A stretch of DNA of 64,000 nt from Chrysomallon squamiferum (lineage: Eukaryota > Animalia > Mollusca). Shown piece by piece: positions 12,901 to 26,819 of this stretch. Under the pieces are notes generated by a model. It had not been told where the DNA came from and did no database searches. It saw only the letters and a program-made list of their open reading frames with translations. The translations under genes were made by a program, and so were the position numbers. Location of the stretch: positions 36,580,001 through 36,644,000 of the forward strand of contig CM022665.1 of the NCBI GenBank assembly GCA_012295275.1, written 5' to 3'. The first letter of the stretch is position 1. The number at the start of each line of letters is the position of its first letter.

Positions 12901-15497
12901 GAATATAAATCATAACATGTGTAGTGCAACACATCCCATACTGCATACCAAAGCATTATTTTTTCTGTTCAAACATTGCCATCTTGGGCAAACCTTGCCA
13001 TCTTGATGACATATTTTTTCTCTTTCAAACATAATATTTAGCTCGACAAAATCCTAAATAATGAAACTTATTATTCGCCCATGTAAAGCAATACTTCGAC
13101 ATTTGGGTGTCTTGATTGTCTTATTAACAGCACACATCGCAAACGGCAAGTATGGCTGCACGTGGGTTTCAAATGACATTTTCCTGAAAGCAATCTCCAA
13201 GTGTTTCTTGGCGAGAATCAAGAGATCAAAGCAAATTAGAGCAGCCGGCTGCTGCTGGCTTTTTCCAGCCTGACCGACCCGAAAGAAACCTGGGAACAGG
13301 TTCACTACTTATCCAACACTTACGATAAAATGTTTCCCAACAATGTGAAAAATTATGCCTCTGATCTCGAAAGCCGTTCGCCTGAAGACATTTTCGAGTA
13401 AATGCCAGACATTTTCAACATGGTGATGGTTCTTTTGCTGAAACTCTCGAGTTATAAATTCTGGTTTATGTTAATAACTCATATTGATGATAGATTGTGC
13501 CAAACAGTCTTGGAAATAGCAACGTCGGTACCATCAGTGCTGGAATAAAAAAGGGTTTCGTCGTCGACGACAGTATCCTCAGAAGTATTAATAATAACAA
13601 CAACAGAAACAACTACAACTGCTAAACGAGAATTATTCTTTATTTTTATATAATTTTATTTTGCCGTACATAATACATAATATATATACGTTAGTGATAA
13701 TGTTGTAAAGGATAGAGTTGTAGTGGTTATTATTACAGCAGAATGGTGACATTAGTGTAGAAGGCAGTGCTTTTATATCTGAAAGCAAATAATCATTTTT
13801 ATCAGATTATATTAACATTATCGTGTAAAATATGCTTATACCAAACAAGCAAAGATAATATAGCATATAAATTGTTCTAAAAAAAATAGAAAATGAAGTA
13901 AAAAAATAATAAATCGTCTGCTTACAAATTGTTTAACAATTTATCTGAAGAGAAATAAATTCTTAAAGGAATTATAAGATAGCAGAAACTATACTCTGTG
14001 CGTTTTCAAAATAAATGATCCATTTATCGAGTTTTGGCAGTTACAGTAGCTAGATTAGAATCTGATATTAAATGTATAGTGTTTCTACATCAAATGCTAT
14101 CATTTGTCTTGTAATAAATAACCGTGCCTATTGGATATCAAACAAAATGTTCGTGTAATGAGTTATTTGTGAAAATATCTAATTTATCCCAGTAGGATAT
14201 TACTATATTCATTTCTCTTAGAGTCACAGATAAGCCCAAACTGTTTTATTCAATGAAATTGAGATCATCAGCAAAATCTCCATTAGAGTCTTTACATGAC
14301 ATTTATAGAAATTATATAACACACATTTGTCATTACTCAACACTGGCTTTAGTGATTACTATTTTTATACAAAACTTTAAATCTATACAACAACAACAAC
14401 AACAATAATAATGATGATGATAATAATAATAATAACATTAATAATGTTGATGATGATGATCACACACCATTATTCCTTATTTCTTTATTTTTTGTTTTTG
14501 ATACAGAATGTTAGACAGAATTTATTATCAAGTATAAAATTTCCTATCTCATTCAGTCAAAGAAACGATTCTTTTGGGGCAAGCAATAAATAAATAACAA
14601 TACAAAAATGATTACAAGCAAAAAGTATGCTAACATTTGCTGATATCAAAAGGTGAATACCCTTAGATATGAATATAAGTACAAATATTAAAATAATAAG
14701 GATTTAAAAAACAACAGCTTCATTTTTTTTCTCTCCTCTTAATTTAAAAGGCAATAGTTAAATAAAAAATGCTCGGTGGTAATTAATAAAATAACAAGCA
14801 GTGAACGCAACTCTCCATTAAAAGTTTCTTTTTCTTTAAACTACCTTCATTATTTTAGAACGACAGTAAAGAAAAATCAAAGATTAAAAAAAAATAATAA
14901 TAAAACACAATCCATCTTTTTTTTATGCATGATTTGTGTGACAGCAAATTGAATCACGTGATAAAAATGTCGCATCGTTGAATCCCTATAGCAATTATTA
15001 CCGCTAGCGAATATCCGAAGACGCTAAAAATTATCTTCACGAAATTGGAAAAAATTGAATTCAGTGTCCTTTTCCATGAACAACTGACCCCTAATATCAG
15101 ATAAGGCGTAACGAGGGGATGATACCGCTTATAAATTCTGATATCCAATCCAAGAAGCCGTGTTAGATGTTGTTAAGATAACCGGAAGTACTGACCGCCA
15201 TTGACATTTTGTAAAGGGATTTCCTTACACACAGGGCGATCCATCTAGATCGTTCTGTCATAGGCGGGCAAACTTGTGAAGTGATTAAAAAGTGGTAGTT
15301 TATGGAATAATGGATTTCTTTTATCAACACCAGACGTGTCATAACGATGATAACGAATGATGGTCTTCTAACGACGTTTATCGATGACTGATGCGAGGCA
15401 GTTGGCACGTCGTCTTGTATTTGTGAATGCTCGAGTTTATAAATATCACTGTGTAAATACGTGTCTGTGTATATATGTGCATATGTCTGTGTATATT

Positions 15498-15529
<32 letters not shown>

Positions 15530-17110
15530 CATATGTCTGTGTATATTTGTGTGTGTGTGTTTGTGTATATGTCTGTGTTTGTATGTGTTATTTGTGTTAT
15601 CAATAAAAAAATTATTGCACTGTCAATTAGTATAAAATAAAATAATATTTATTTTACTTTTAAACAAACAAAAATAAAAAATAAAAATAAAATAAAAAAA
15701 AAAAACATATAGAAAGGAAGATCGAAATCAGATTGATAAAGATAAAACAAACTAACGTCTCTTTCTAAGAATTTCCATACTTGTGAAGGTATTTGAGATT
15801 TCTAACACTACACTGTAGCTGTTATGGGCCGGCATATTGCAATATATCGTGATTATACATAATGATATTTTAATGTGATGTACGCTTCATCAAGCCAGTT
15901 TAAGCTGCACGAGACGGAGACATGGCGACTAGCTCCTACTGTGAGAATTTGCTCCTAGCGGATCCTCGACCCATTAGTCCATATATACTCATCAGTGTAA
16001 TTTTACAGCGTCATATATTTTATGTAGTTCTCAATTATTTCAGTATCACATAAAAACAACAACAAAAAAACGAGTGCACGTACATACATACTATACATAC
16101 ATATATAAATACATACACACACACATATACACACACATACATACATACATACATACATACATACATAAATACATGCATTCATGCATACACACATACATTC
16201 ATAGACGCAATAACACATATTAGAGTATCCTATAATTATTCTTTTGATTTTGTTTTATCTTCTAAATTAATTAATTAATTTTTTTTTATATACATAAACA
16301 CATACAAACATACATACATACATACATACATCCAAACAGAAATGCATGCATACATGTATAAATATATACATCTGTACATGCATAAGTACATATTAAGGTA
16401 ATGCATATAAAAACGTCATGCTCACATTTCTGACAATTTTACAGTTTTCTGAGACGCACTATTTCCTTCGATAAATAGCAACCAGTAATACACTATCAAT
16501 GTCCATCCTGTACTTACAGTTGTTCAACTAAATGCTTTTATTTATTTATTTTTTTTTTTAAATTTTTTTTAAAAATGTCTGAATGAAAATGGGGCGGTTA
16601 GTACGATCCTTTCTAACGAAAACAGCTGAAAATATCAAAGTATTTAGTGTCGGGTTGCGTCTGAATGTTCATTTTTGACTATCACAACGATAGCTGGAAA
16701 TATAAATAACCATTATGTACAATGATATCTTTACAGCAGCATTTAACGGTTGTGTTTTATGGAGAAAATTATGAGAAATTATACATTTGGCATGTAAGTG
16801 AGACCAGCACATTATGCTATCCGAGTATTTTTCGCAACACTAAAAAGCAACGGGAGAACGAAGTTATTGAATTTTTGTAATTAAATCTTCACTGCTTATG
16901 TACTCGGAGACCACACAGGGCCAAAGTTAACGTCTATCGCGTAATTTCGAGGATTTTGTCTTCACTTTGATGTAAATTTACCGAGAAACTTTCGCAGCGG
17001 GAAATTATCAGGCCGCCATGTTTAGAAAATTGTCTGAAAGATGATAACGTAACTCATGGCTTGGCACAGATTCCCCTTGAAGTGATTTGGTTTCCTGATA
17101 CACGGAAATT

Positions 17111-17302
17111 TATGTATTTATGTATGTATGTATGTATGTATGTATGTATGTATGTATGTATGTATGTATGTATGTATGTATGTATGTATGTATTTGTGTA
17201 TGTATGTATGTATGTATGTATTTGTGTATATATGTATGTATGTATGTATGTATGTACGTATGTATGTATGTATGTGTGTGTGTGTGTGTGTATGTGTGTG
17301 TG
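17111..17302. repeat. (TATG)n/(TG)n microsatellite
   Basis: Directly visible. It generates the MYVC/HTYI pseudo-ORFs. Confidence 0.98.
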
Positions 17303-18132
17303 TTTTTTTTATCTGTGTGTATATGTCTATGTGTTTGTATCTACTTAAGTGTATGTCTGTGTGTACATATGTATGCACGTACATTTTGTGCTTGACTGTA
17401 CGTATATAAGTATGTAGCTAGAACGGATATGATTGAGTCTCTAGGAATTATACGTATATATCTACATGTGTGCACATGTGTGTGTGTGCGTGTATGTGTG
17501 TATGTCTATATAAAACGTTGCATATTTATATTATTTGTCATAATTTGCCTAAATAAATGTTCAGTATTTCTTCTTCTTCTTCGTCTTCTTCTTTTTCTTT
17601 TCTTTCCGACCAAAGGGCATCGCGTTCAAGCCATCACGACAACAGCAGTGAATGAATAACAAATCCACATTCTCCCTTCTTTCCGCGTCTTTGCAAAAAT
17701 TCTTGTAACATATGTGTTTTGCTTCAATTGCACAAACCAATCATTTTAGCATTATACTCGGCTCACCTTGTTGCTTCATTTCGAATGCGCGACTCAAACG
17801 TTTTGTCAGTTTATTCTCAAAATAACGTTGCTGGTGAGGAATTGCACTTTCTGTCCGGCTGTAGCTGTCAGAAAGTGTATTTATCTGTGTAAATACACAC
17901 GCACACATTTGTATAAATAAACGAGGCACCAAGTCGAGAAAAAGACTTGGGAAATTTCCTTATTGCCCAGGATGCTGTAATGTAAATTCTGCTCCCGGCG
18001 TCCTGTTTTCTGATTGTTAGTTAAGTACTAGCATTACTGTTCGGGTCACATAGCCGATGTTAGAATAACGTTACAAATGTGCACTTAGTTAAAATATCAT
18101 TGATGTGTGAAAGGTATATATATATATATATA

Positions 18133-18208
<76 letters not shown>

Positions 18209-19298
18209 CATACATACATATATATATATATACATACATGAGATTGCGATGGAATTTTAAAAATTACTGTTAAAGTTACGTATTAATGAAATACATATAG
18301 ATGCGTTTTTATATATATACTCAGACAGGATATTCTTCTTCTTCTTCTTATTATTATTATTATTATTATTATTGTTGTTGTTGTTGTTGTTGTTATATGG
18401 TTTTATTTCAGTTTGCCTTAAACATTTGTTCTAAACATTAAAAAAATGAATTTACTTCCGCTAATCTAAACGTTATATTTTTTAATTTATTTATTTTTAT
18501 CATTATTTTTTATTTATTTATTTATTTTGTTAAATTTTCTTTTATTTATTTTTGGGTTTTTTATATTTAATTTTAAATATACTTCTTTGACACTGTTTCG
18601 TATCTTTTTCCTTTGTCTTTTATTTTTTCAATCAGCATTAACAATAATAATTATCAAAAAAAACAGAAAAAAAAAAGAAAAAAAAAACACACGTCTTTTC
18701 TCATTCTTTTTACGATCAGTATTAACCAGCAAGTCGCGTATCACGTGACATTTAATTGGTATCACGAACAAAATTCGGTAATCCATACCACAGTTTGGCG
18801 TGAATTACTCTGTGGCGAAATTGACTGGAAAGTTTCGTGTGTGGAACGGAATGCGATTCTTCGCTAAAAGAGAACAAATTTATTGTCTAGACGAACACAG
18901 ACTTGCTCGCTGTCTAAATGATACATTGGGGAAGAAAGCCGTCTTCCAGAAAACGTCAACTTTCATTATTCACTGATTGTTTTTCGTTATTTTTGCCAAT
19001 GCTTTTTAGTGAACGCGGCTTAGCAAACAATAACTTTTTGCGACGGTCTCATTACGGGCGAAATGCGAGCGCCAGCGTCGCTAGCACACAAAGGGCGTAT
19101 CAAGAATGTCAGCAAGGTGGGAGTGCAGTGGGGTTCACGCTGAAGTAGCATATTTAGATGACTAAAACAAATTAATCATTTAATAATTTTAGAAACGACT
19201 GTGTAAAATTTACCATTAAAACTAATACACATACAAAAAAAAAAAAAATGGGTTTCAGTCAAATAACACTTAGTAAATAATTTATGATAGTAACTATG

Positions 19299-19353
<55 letters not shown>

Positions 19354-19375
19354 TTACTACTACTACTACTACTAC

Positions 19376-19433
<58 letters not shown>
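19299..19433. repeat. (ACT)n switching to (ATT)n microsatellite
   Basis: Directly visible. Confidence 0.98.
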
Positions 19434-20119
19434 TCAGTACCAATATTTAGCTGTTAACAGTATTTTATCTAGGCTGTATATCTTTCTGTCTCTCTGTTTA
19501 GTTTCATGAAAACAATCGTTTATAATTCAGTTTAAATATATAAATTAAGTAGCCTGAATAAAAAATAATTCTGAATTGGTGTACGCATAAATAAACATGC
19601 ACACACATTCGCTGATTGCATATTTGTATAAACAAGTTATAATTTATATATATACTGTAATTTTACTTATTGTTTATTACTGTCAACATCATCATTGTTA
19701 TCATCATCATCATCATCATTTCATTATTATTATTATTATTATTATTATATTATTATTAAAGAAAAAAGTCGGTTGTTTTTATAGTTTTTATAATTTTTAT
19801 AATGTATTTGATTTTATTTTGAGTAGCAATGTAAAATGATACTCTACGTTATTTTATTAAAAGACTAAAAAAGATAATGCGAAGGCGTACTTTCTTTAAA
19901 AAAATAATAATGTCTTTAAGAAAAGAAAAAGAAAAAAAAAGATTTAGTAATATAAAAACAGGAAAAAGTTTGATAGACAGAAAAGAACGCTAATTTTAAA
20001 TAACCCTATTAACTGATGAAAAGAAAAGAAGAAAGGAAGAAAAAGAAAGGAAGGAAGTGAAAAATGAAGGTATCGTTAAACGTCCATGTATTTTACATGC
20101 ATACAAAAACCATTAGTGA

Positions 20120-20240
20120 AAACCGTTCCCTGAGACCGGAAGTAACAATAGCGGCTAACGCCGTACCTGGCGCCATTTTACGTTTTTCTAGTCGACTGGT
20201 TGTCGTCTGCGCCAGATTCGCTGTTATTTCCAGCTCCACT
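20120..20240. promoter_or_regulatory. ETS plus YY1 motif pair, promoter-like
   Basis: CCGGAAGT at 20136-20143 and GGCGCCATTTT at 20169-20179 in a CpG-rich island. Confidence 0.3.
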
Positions 20241-21169
20241 TTCGTGTTTTAATGATTGCGTGGAGTGTGTATGAACATCAGAAAAGGTCACACGCCGTCT
20301 GAAACAACAGTATGTCACAATTTTGGAGTTATCTTGTCTTTGAACCACCCAAAAAGCCGATGGACGAAGCGACTTCATGACACCACATTCTGACAGTGTG
20401 TCAAAACAGTGTTAATTTCTACTTACGAAATAAATAGGTATTTAAAAATAAGACTAAGTAATCAGCTGGAAAGGGCAAGCCGTGGTGTTCTGGAAAGTTT
20501 GGTAGACGCTGAGCTTTGGTTTTTTGTGTGAATTCGTTAGTAAGAGAATTAAAGTATTGTCTAGTAAAGGTGTTTTTCGAAATATGTATGTCTCTGTGTA
20601 TGTATGTACGTATGTATGCATATATGTTTGTATCTATGTAAGTATGCATTAATGTATTTATTATCTACAATGTGTGTGTATGTATGTATGTTTTTAAGCG
20701 TGTATTTATGTATATGGATTTCAATTTCTTTTCCTTCTTCTTTTTCTTCTTCTTCTTCTTCTTCTTATTATTATTGTTGTTATTATTGTTGTTATTATTA
20801 TTATTATTGTTATTATTATTATTATTATTATATATATATATATTTATTGTTGTTGTTGTTGTTTTTGATTACTGCCTAATTTATTTTCAAAAAAAATAAA
20901 ACGTTTTATAATATCATACAAAAAGGTACCATGTGTCTTATCACTTATAATTACTTCTGATTTCTCCCAATAACGTCTCTGCTAAGTTAATTTCAAAATG
21001 TCTACCAGTCGTTGAAATTAAAATAATAATCCGTTAAAACGTCGCATTATAATTTGAATCAACAAAAACGAAAATTCAACACTTTGTTCCGAACCAGTAA
21101 CTCATGTTTGGTTGTTAATGTTGTAATTTACGTCTCTTAAATATTATTATTTCCAATTTATGAAGACAG

Positions 21170-21290
21170 AGATCAGATATGCACGTGCATAGTGTCACAG
21201 TGATGACGTCACACGCTTTTGCAGCAACCCTGACGCGTGCTAGGAATTCTCCGCTGATGAACACGAGCAGAAACTCGGTGTCTGGAACGA
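21170..21290. promoter_or_regulatory. E-box plus full CRE module
   Basis: 14-bp palindrome TATGCACGTGCATA at 21178-21191, a perfect CRE TGACGTCA at 21204-21211, and a half-CRE TGACG at 21231. Confidence 0.35.
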
Positions 21291-22129
21291 TATTGGTATG
21301 GATGGCTTTGTTTCAACTAAAAATATAACAAAAGAATAATGTTTTGTTTTTTTCAAAATTGTTTATGTCCGTCAAAACGTATTGTCCTTATAAATTTTGC
21401 TTTTTCTTAAGTAAATAAAATGAAAACCATATATTTTTGTCATTATTATCATCATCATCTTCATCATCATCATCATCATCATCATTATTATTATTATTAC
21501 AACTGTTAAACACCAACAATGAAAACAGCTGCTGCTGCTGTTATGACTACGACTATTATTAATATTAGTTACTATTACAACTTTTGCAGCAACTACTATT
21601 AATGACTCTACTGTTACTACTACTACAACTTGAACAATTTTACTGACGCTGTTATAACTACTGCTGATCTTAACACACAACTGCTTGTACTTCAACCATT
21701 GTTTGCTCAGTTATGATTCACTAATAACGATATTATTTTGTATTATGAAATTGTGAATTTGATTTTATCAAAACTTCTCCAGTTTCGACGCAGGTTTAAG
21801 GACACCTATACAAGAAGTCATGGCTCCGTGTCACAGAAGCTGGCGAGATTAAGAAAAAAGTCTAAGAAGTGACTCCAGACGCCAGCATTTCGCAGCACCA
21901 TGTGAATCACGTTCTGTGGCTAAGTTTGGACAAAATGCTCAAAGACGTTTTCCACGGAGGCCGTAACGAATCTGAAATGACGATCTCACAAACGAAGGAA
22001 ACGCAATATTAAAACCCTGACAGCGAGTTTCTTTTAGTGATTAAGTTTCTTGTCTTAATTTCCAAATTAATGAATGCATTACGGATTTAATAAACCCACG
22101 GCAAACCGATACCTACTGTACATTAAGTC

Positions 22130-22480
22130 TTCAATGAGAGACGCTGGGTCGCGTTGCTAGACAAATTATTTCACTGACGCGCTATAATATCACATGAACC
22201 TCATTGCAGCATCTTAGGCCAGATCAATGAGCCAAGAGTGAAATGAGGAGAAACTTAACCCCCTCCCGTGTAATTTAGCTGATAACAAACGCATGTGGCT
22301 GCGTCGCACTCTCGCAGGAACAAATCGGCGGGTAATTCCCGACCCATAATTGACATGGGGTAGAATATCACACTGTAGCCGGCCAATGATTGGGAATTAA
22401 TCCACCACAAATGTTTCGTAGCTTGCTTAAGTATCTGCTTAAGTCGGCCGCAGATTTATTCATTTGGTCAGGTTCTCCTG
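22130..22480. promoter_or_regulatory. Enhancer-like unique island rich in TAAT/ATTA and TGACA motifs
   Basis: GTAATTTA, GTAATTCC, CATAATTGACA, CCAATGATTGG and GAATTAATCC cluster in higher-GC, repeat-free sequence. Function is inferred. Confidence 0.25.
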
Positions 22481-22776
22481 AAAGTGAGAGTTCTCGTAGA
22501 ATGACAGTCAGTTTGCTTTTAATGGATTTTAGATTTCAATTATTATCAAGCCAGCGACGATGTGATGATGTTATTACAAAAGTAATCGCCCGTCTGAGTG
22601 TCTGTGTTTTTCTCTGTCCTCCGTGTGTTACTTTCTGTCTTTACCTCGCTTTCCGCATCTGTCTGTCATTCGTTGTTTTGTCGTTGTTGTTTTCTTTGTT
22701 TGTTTTTTGTTGTTTTTTTGTTATTGTTTTCTTCTTTTTTGTTCTTCTTTTTTTTTTTTATGTTTTATGTATTTTT

Positions 22777-22821
<45 letters not shown>

Positions 22822-23738
22822 TTATCGCTTTCCCTTTGTCTCAGCTGGCGGAATAGGGGTCAAGTAAATCATTTAAAGACTGATGCAAGAATGAATATAT
22901 CTATATCTCTTTTTATCTCTCCGTCTCACCCTTGCAATCAAATGTTAACAAATGATGACGGTGACGATGGGCGTCTGTCTCTCTGTCTGGGTACGTCTGT
23001 TGTTGTTTTATCTTTTTGTTTAACTGTGTGTATGTAAACTGACGTAGTATCTAATACACACTTCTTTATCACTAAAAACAATTAAAGCACTTTTTTTTTT
23101 CTTTTTTTCTTTTTTTAATAAATATTTTTCTTTTATTTTATGTATTTTTATTACTATTTGCTTATTTTATTTTATTATTTTATTTTATTTTATTTTATTT
23201 TATTTTATTTTATTTTATTTTATTTACATATTCAGTACTTATATATTTAATTATTTACCTTCTATCATTATTTATTTTCGCATTTACTGATTATAAAAGT
23301 TTTAATTTTATTTTACATGACAACATAGGATATATGTAATTTTTATTCTGATAATTAGCTTTTAGAAGAAATGCAATTATAAATAAAAATTGTTATAGAA
23401 ATGTTTGTTGTAGATACTAAGTTCCTTAAGCCTCAAATGTTTTAATTGTTTTAATTGGTTTTGTGATTTGATTACTTACTAATAAAGTATTAATAACTTT
23501 AATGAATTCGATAATGAAATCAAGTTAGTCCACAATATATAATTCATAAAACTTTTATTTATTTATTTATTTATTTTATTTTATTTTATTTTATTTTATT
23601 TTTTTTTTTTTTATTTTTTTTTTTTTTTTTGGAAGTTCAGAAAAAATACACACATACATACACGCACACACACTCATACACACTCACACATATATATAAA
23701 TTTTGCACAAAGCAATTATTATTAAAATATTGATGTTG

Positions 23739-23786
<48 letters not shown>

Positions 23787-23846
23787 TGATAAAATAATAA
23801 AATAATAACAAAATGATAAAATAACAGCAGTAAAATATTGTATTGT

Positions 23847-23883
<37 letters not shown>

Positions 23884-24653
23884 TATATGTATAATAATAC
23901 TCTTTATTACTATTATTATTTATAGGTCTATACGCCTACTTAAATTGTTTAACCGTATTAATACTTTTTGAAAAGAAATCATTAACAAACAAAAAAAACA
24001 CAAAAAAAACAACAAAAAAATGGTTTTGAAGGTTACTTACTAATGCAACAATTCTGAATAAAAAAAAAAAATATTAAAAAAATTGTTATGAATGGATTTA
24101 AAAAAGAAAACAATGAACATTTATACTAATCAATAGCAATTTTCACCTTAATCGATTTCATTTGTGACAAAAACAACAACAACAACAACAAAATTAAGAA
24201 AAAAAAAATTAGATAAAATAAAATAATAAAAAATAAATAGAACAAAAAATTTAACGACACACTAGTAATTATACTTTTTTTTTCTCCTATTTTTAAGTTA
24301 TTCCCAAAGTGACTGTACATTGAACTTTAAAACTATAACTGTATCAATAAATGTTTGCTGTAATATTACGAGCAATGGAATTTCTAAATACATAAAATTA
24401 TTATGAAATGTGCCAGCAGTGAATACAAATGAAAAATTTCAACAGAAGGGATACATACATATTTGGACTATTTCTTGAGTCTTGATATTATTTAAAATTG
24501 CCATTTATTTCTGGACTGCAATTAAAGATTTTGTTTAAAAATGGACATTCGTTTCCGTTGATTGGTTAATTAAAAATACTCGTACGCTGCTTTAGGGTTT
24601 AATGTAAATGCAGAATTAAATGCACCCAACGAGCCGCGTAGTATTTTTATTTA

Positions 24654-24698
<45 letters not shown>

Positions 24699-24786
24699 TT
24701 GTTAAAATTACTATTAAACTAATTTTATTGTCATTTTAATTGCTTTTATTTCTGTTGTTGTATGTTGCTATTACTATAAATAGTAT

Positions 24787-24829
<43 letters not shown>

Positions 24830-26066
24830 TTCGTTCAGTCGAGATTAAAAACAAAATCCACTGATTAACAATAACACAGTTACTAAATTATAATGTTTGA
24901 AAAAAGTAAGGGAATGAAAGAAGAAGCGAAAGAAGTAATGAAGAAATGAAGGAATGAAGGATGGCAATTGTTTTATTGCACTGATTAAAACTACTATCAT
25001 TTAATTATGTGACTGAATGAATCAACTAAAACAGGCTTACAAAACTGGCTGAAACTGTTGATTGAAAGACTACTACATACGTTAGAACAAATAAACAAGG
25101 AACAAACCAATGACTATGTGGGTTAATATATTATGACAAGGCTTCAGTATCGGCTATCGAGTTAAAACCAAATTAAATATTTTATATCTTTTTTTATTCA
25201 TTACATGCTTTGTGTATTCTCTCCTGTTTAGCAGACTGTGACGAATACGTGTTTTGGCTACAAAAACATTCCAGGAAAAAAAAAAAAAAAAAAAAAAAAA
25301 AGATTGTCAATTTGAGATATGTATCGGCGATTCGTTTCGCTTACGTGGTTTCAAATCATTTAAGACGCACCCACGAGTAACGAAATTTGGCACAGAGGTA
25401 TATAATTATACCGAGTAAAAATATCTTTATGTTAATTCACATGCCATCGTTTGTTGTATGGTTTTCAGGTGGAGGGGGAAGGGGTTATGTTATATACTAG
25501 AAACAATGAAAGCACAAATTGTATACACAATGGCAGTAGTGTATATATATATATATGTGTGAGTGTGTGTGTGTGTGTGTGTGTGTTTATCTATATGTTT
25601 ATGTATATGTGTGTGTGTATGTGTGTGTGTGCGCGTGTGTGCGTGTGTGTAATTTGGTTGTTTGGATGAAGTTTTAACATGATATTAACGAATGTATAAA
25701 ACAATTATAAATTGTACTCTTGTTCCGTGAAAAGGAAGTGGGGAATAATAATAATTTTAAAAAGAAGGAGAAAAATGAAAAGAATGAACAAAGATAAAAA
25801 AAAAAGTACAACTAAGGACAGTAAGAAAAAATTAGACAAAGGATGAACGCACAGACTAATGAAGGGAAAAACAAAGCTGAAAATCCAAAATAAAGAAAGA
25901 AAGAAAGAAAGAAAACCGAAAAAAAAGAAGAAGAAGAAAAAAAAGGAAGAATAAAAACTAAAATAACGAGGAAAAAAGACACATGACAAAAAGGAAAGAA
26001 AAAAAACAAACAAAGAAAAACAAAACAAAACAACCAAGCCCTAAAGCAAAAAGAATAAATCTAGAG

Positions 26067-26102
<36 letters not shown>

Positions 26103-26772
26103 GATAATACAAGAAAAAAACAAACAAACAAAACACTTAAACAATTAGCGATTTAATTTCAAGTCTGATAAAAGAGACGAACCTGTAGTAACGTGATATG
26201 ATAAGTCTTCAAAAAAGCACAAACGTAAATCTTCAGATAACAGTTCTGAGACTGCGCCCGAGAGAGCACAGTTTATTAAGGTTCATAAGGCAGGGGCGAC
26301 AATTTCGAATTAGCAGAACTCTTCCTGACCCACGGGTTCATGCCAGGCATGTTGCCAAAGACCACCCATAAAAATCTATTGTATTTTGTTCATTGTTGGA
26401 TGTTGCAATACTACACAGTAACAAACATTTTTAGCATAACGTTAATAAATCAATGATCGTGGTATGTTTAATATATGACTTATTTCTGTCACAGTAATGT
26501 CCTAGCAGGCTTTCTGTGAAATGATAAAAGTGTGAGTAATTTAGGATATATTTTAGTAAAAAGAATGTTGAGGCACGCCTTGCATGGCACAGTACAAATT
26601 ATTGTGGTGTGGTTATTTTAGGGGAAGCTTCAGTGCAATGTTGAAGCAGGCCTTATGTGGGTCCACATATGATCAGACTGATGTCAGATTAATTTTAATC
26701 AGTTGTTGCTACTTATGTGTTCAAGATATTTGTGTATTACATTATTATGTGTATATGTAAATTTTATTTTAT

Positions 26773-26819
<47 letters not shown>

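Noticed and set aside
13553-13575. Resemblance to miR-76/miR-981 (TTCGTCGTCGACGA)
   Set aside because: There is a mismatch within the seed, the 3' part diverges, and no pre-miRNA hairpin is evident.
22390-23037. Longest ORF (215 aa) with a hydrophobic stretch resembling a membrane protein
   Set aside because: It starts at TTG, the hydrophobic part comes from T-rich and (ATTT)n low-complexity DNA, and no domain is recognisable.
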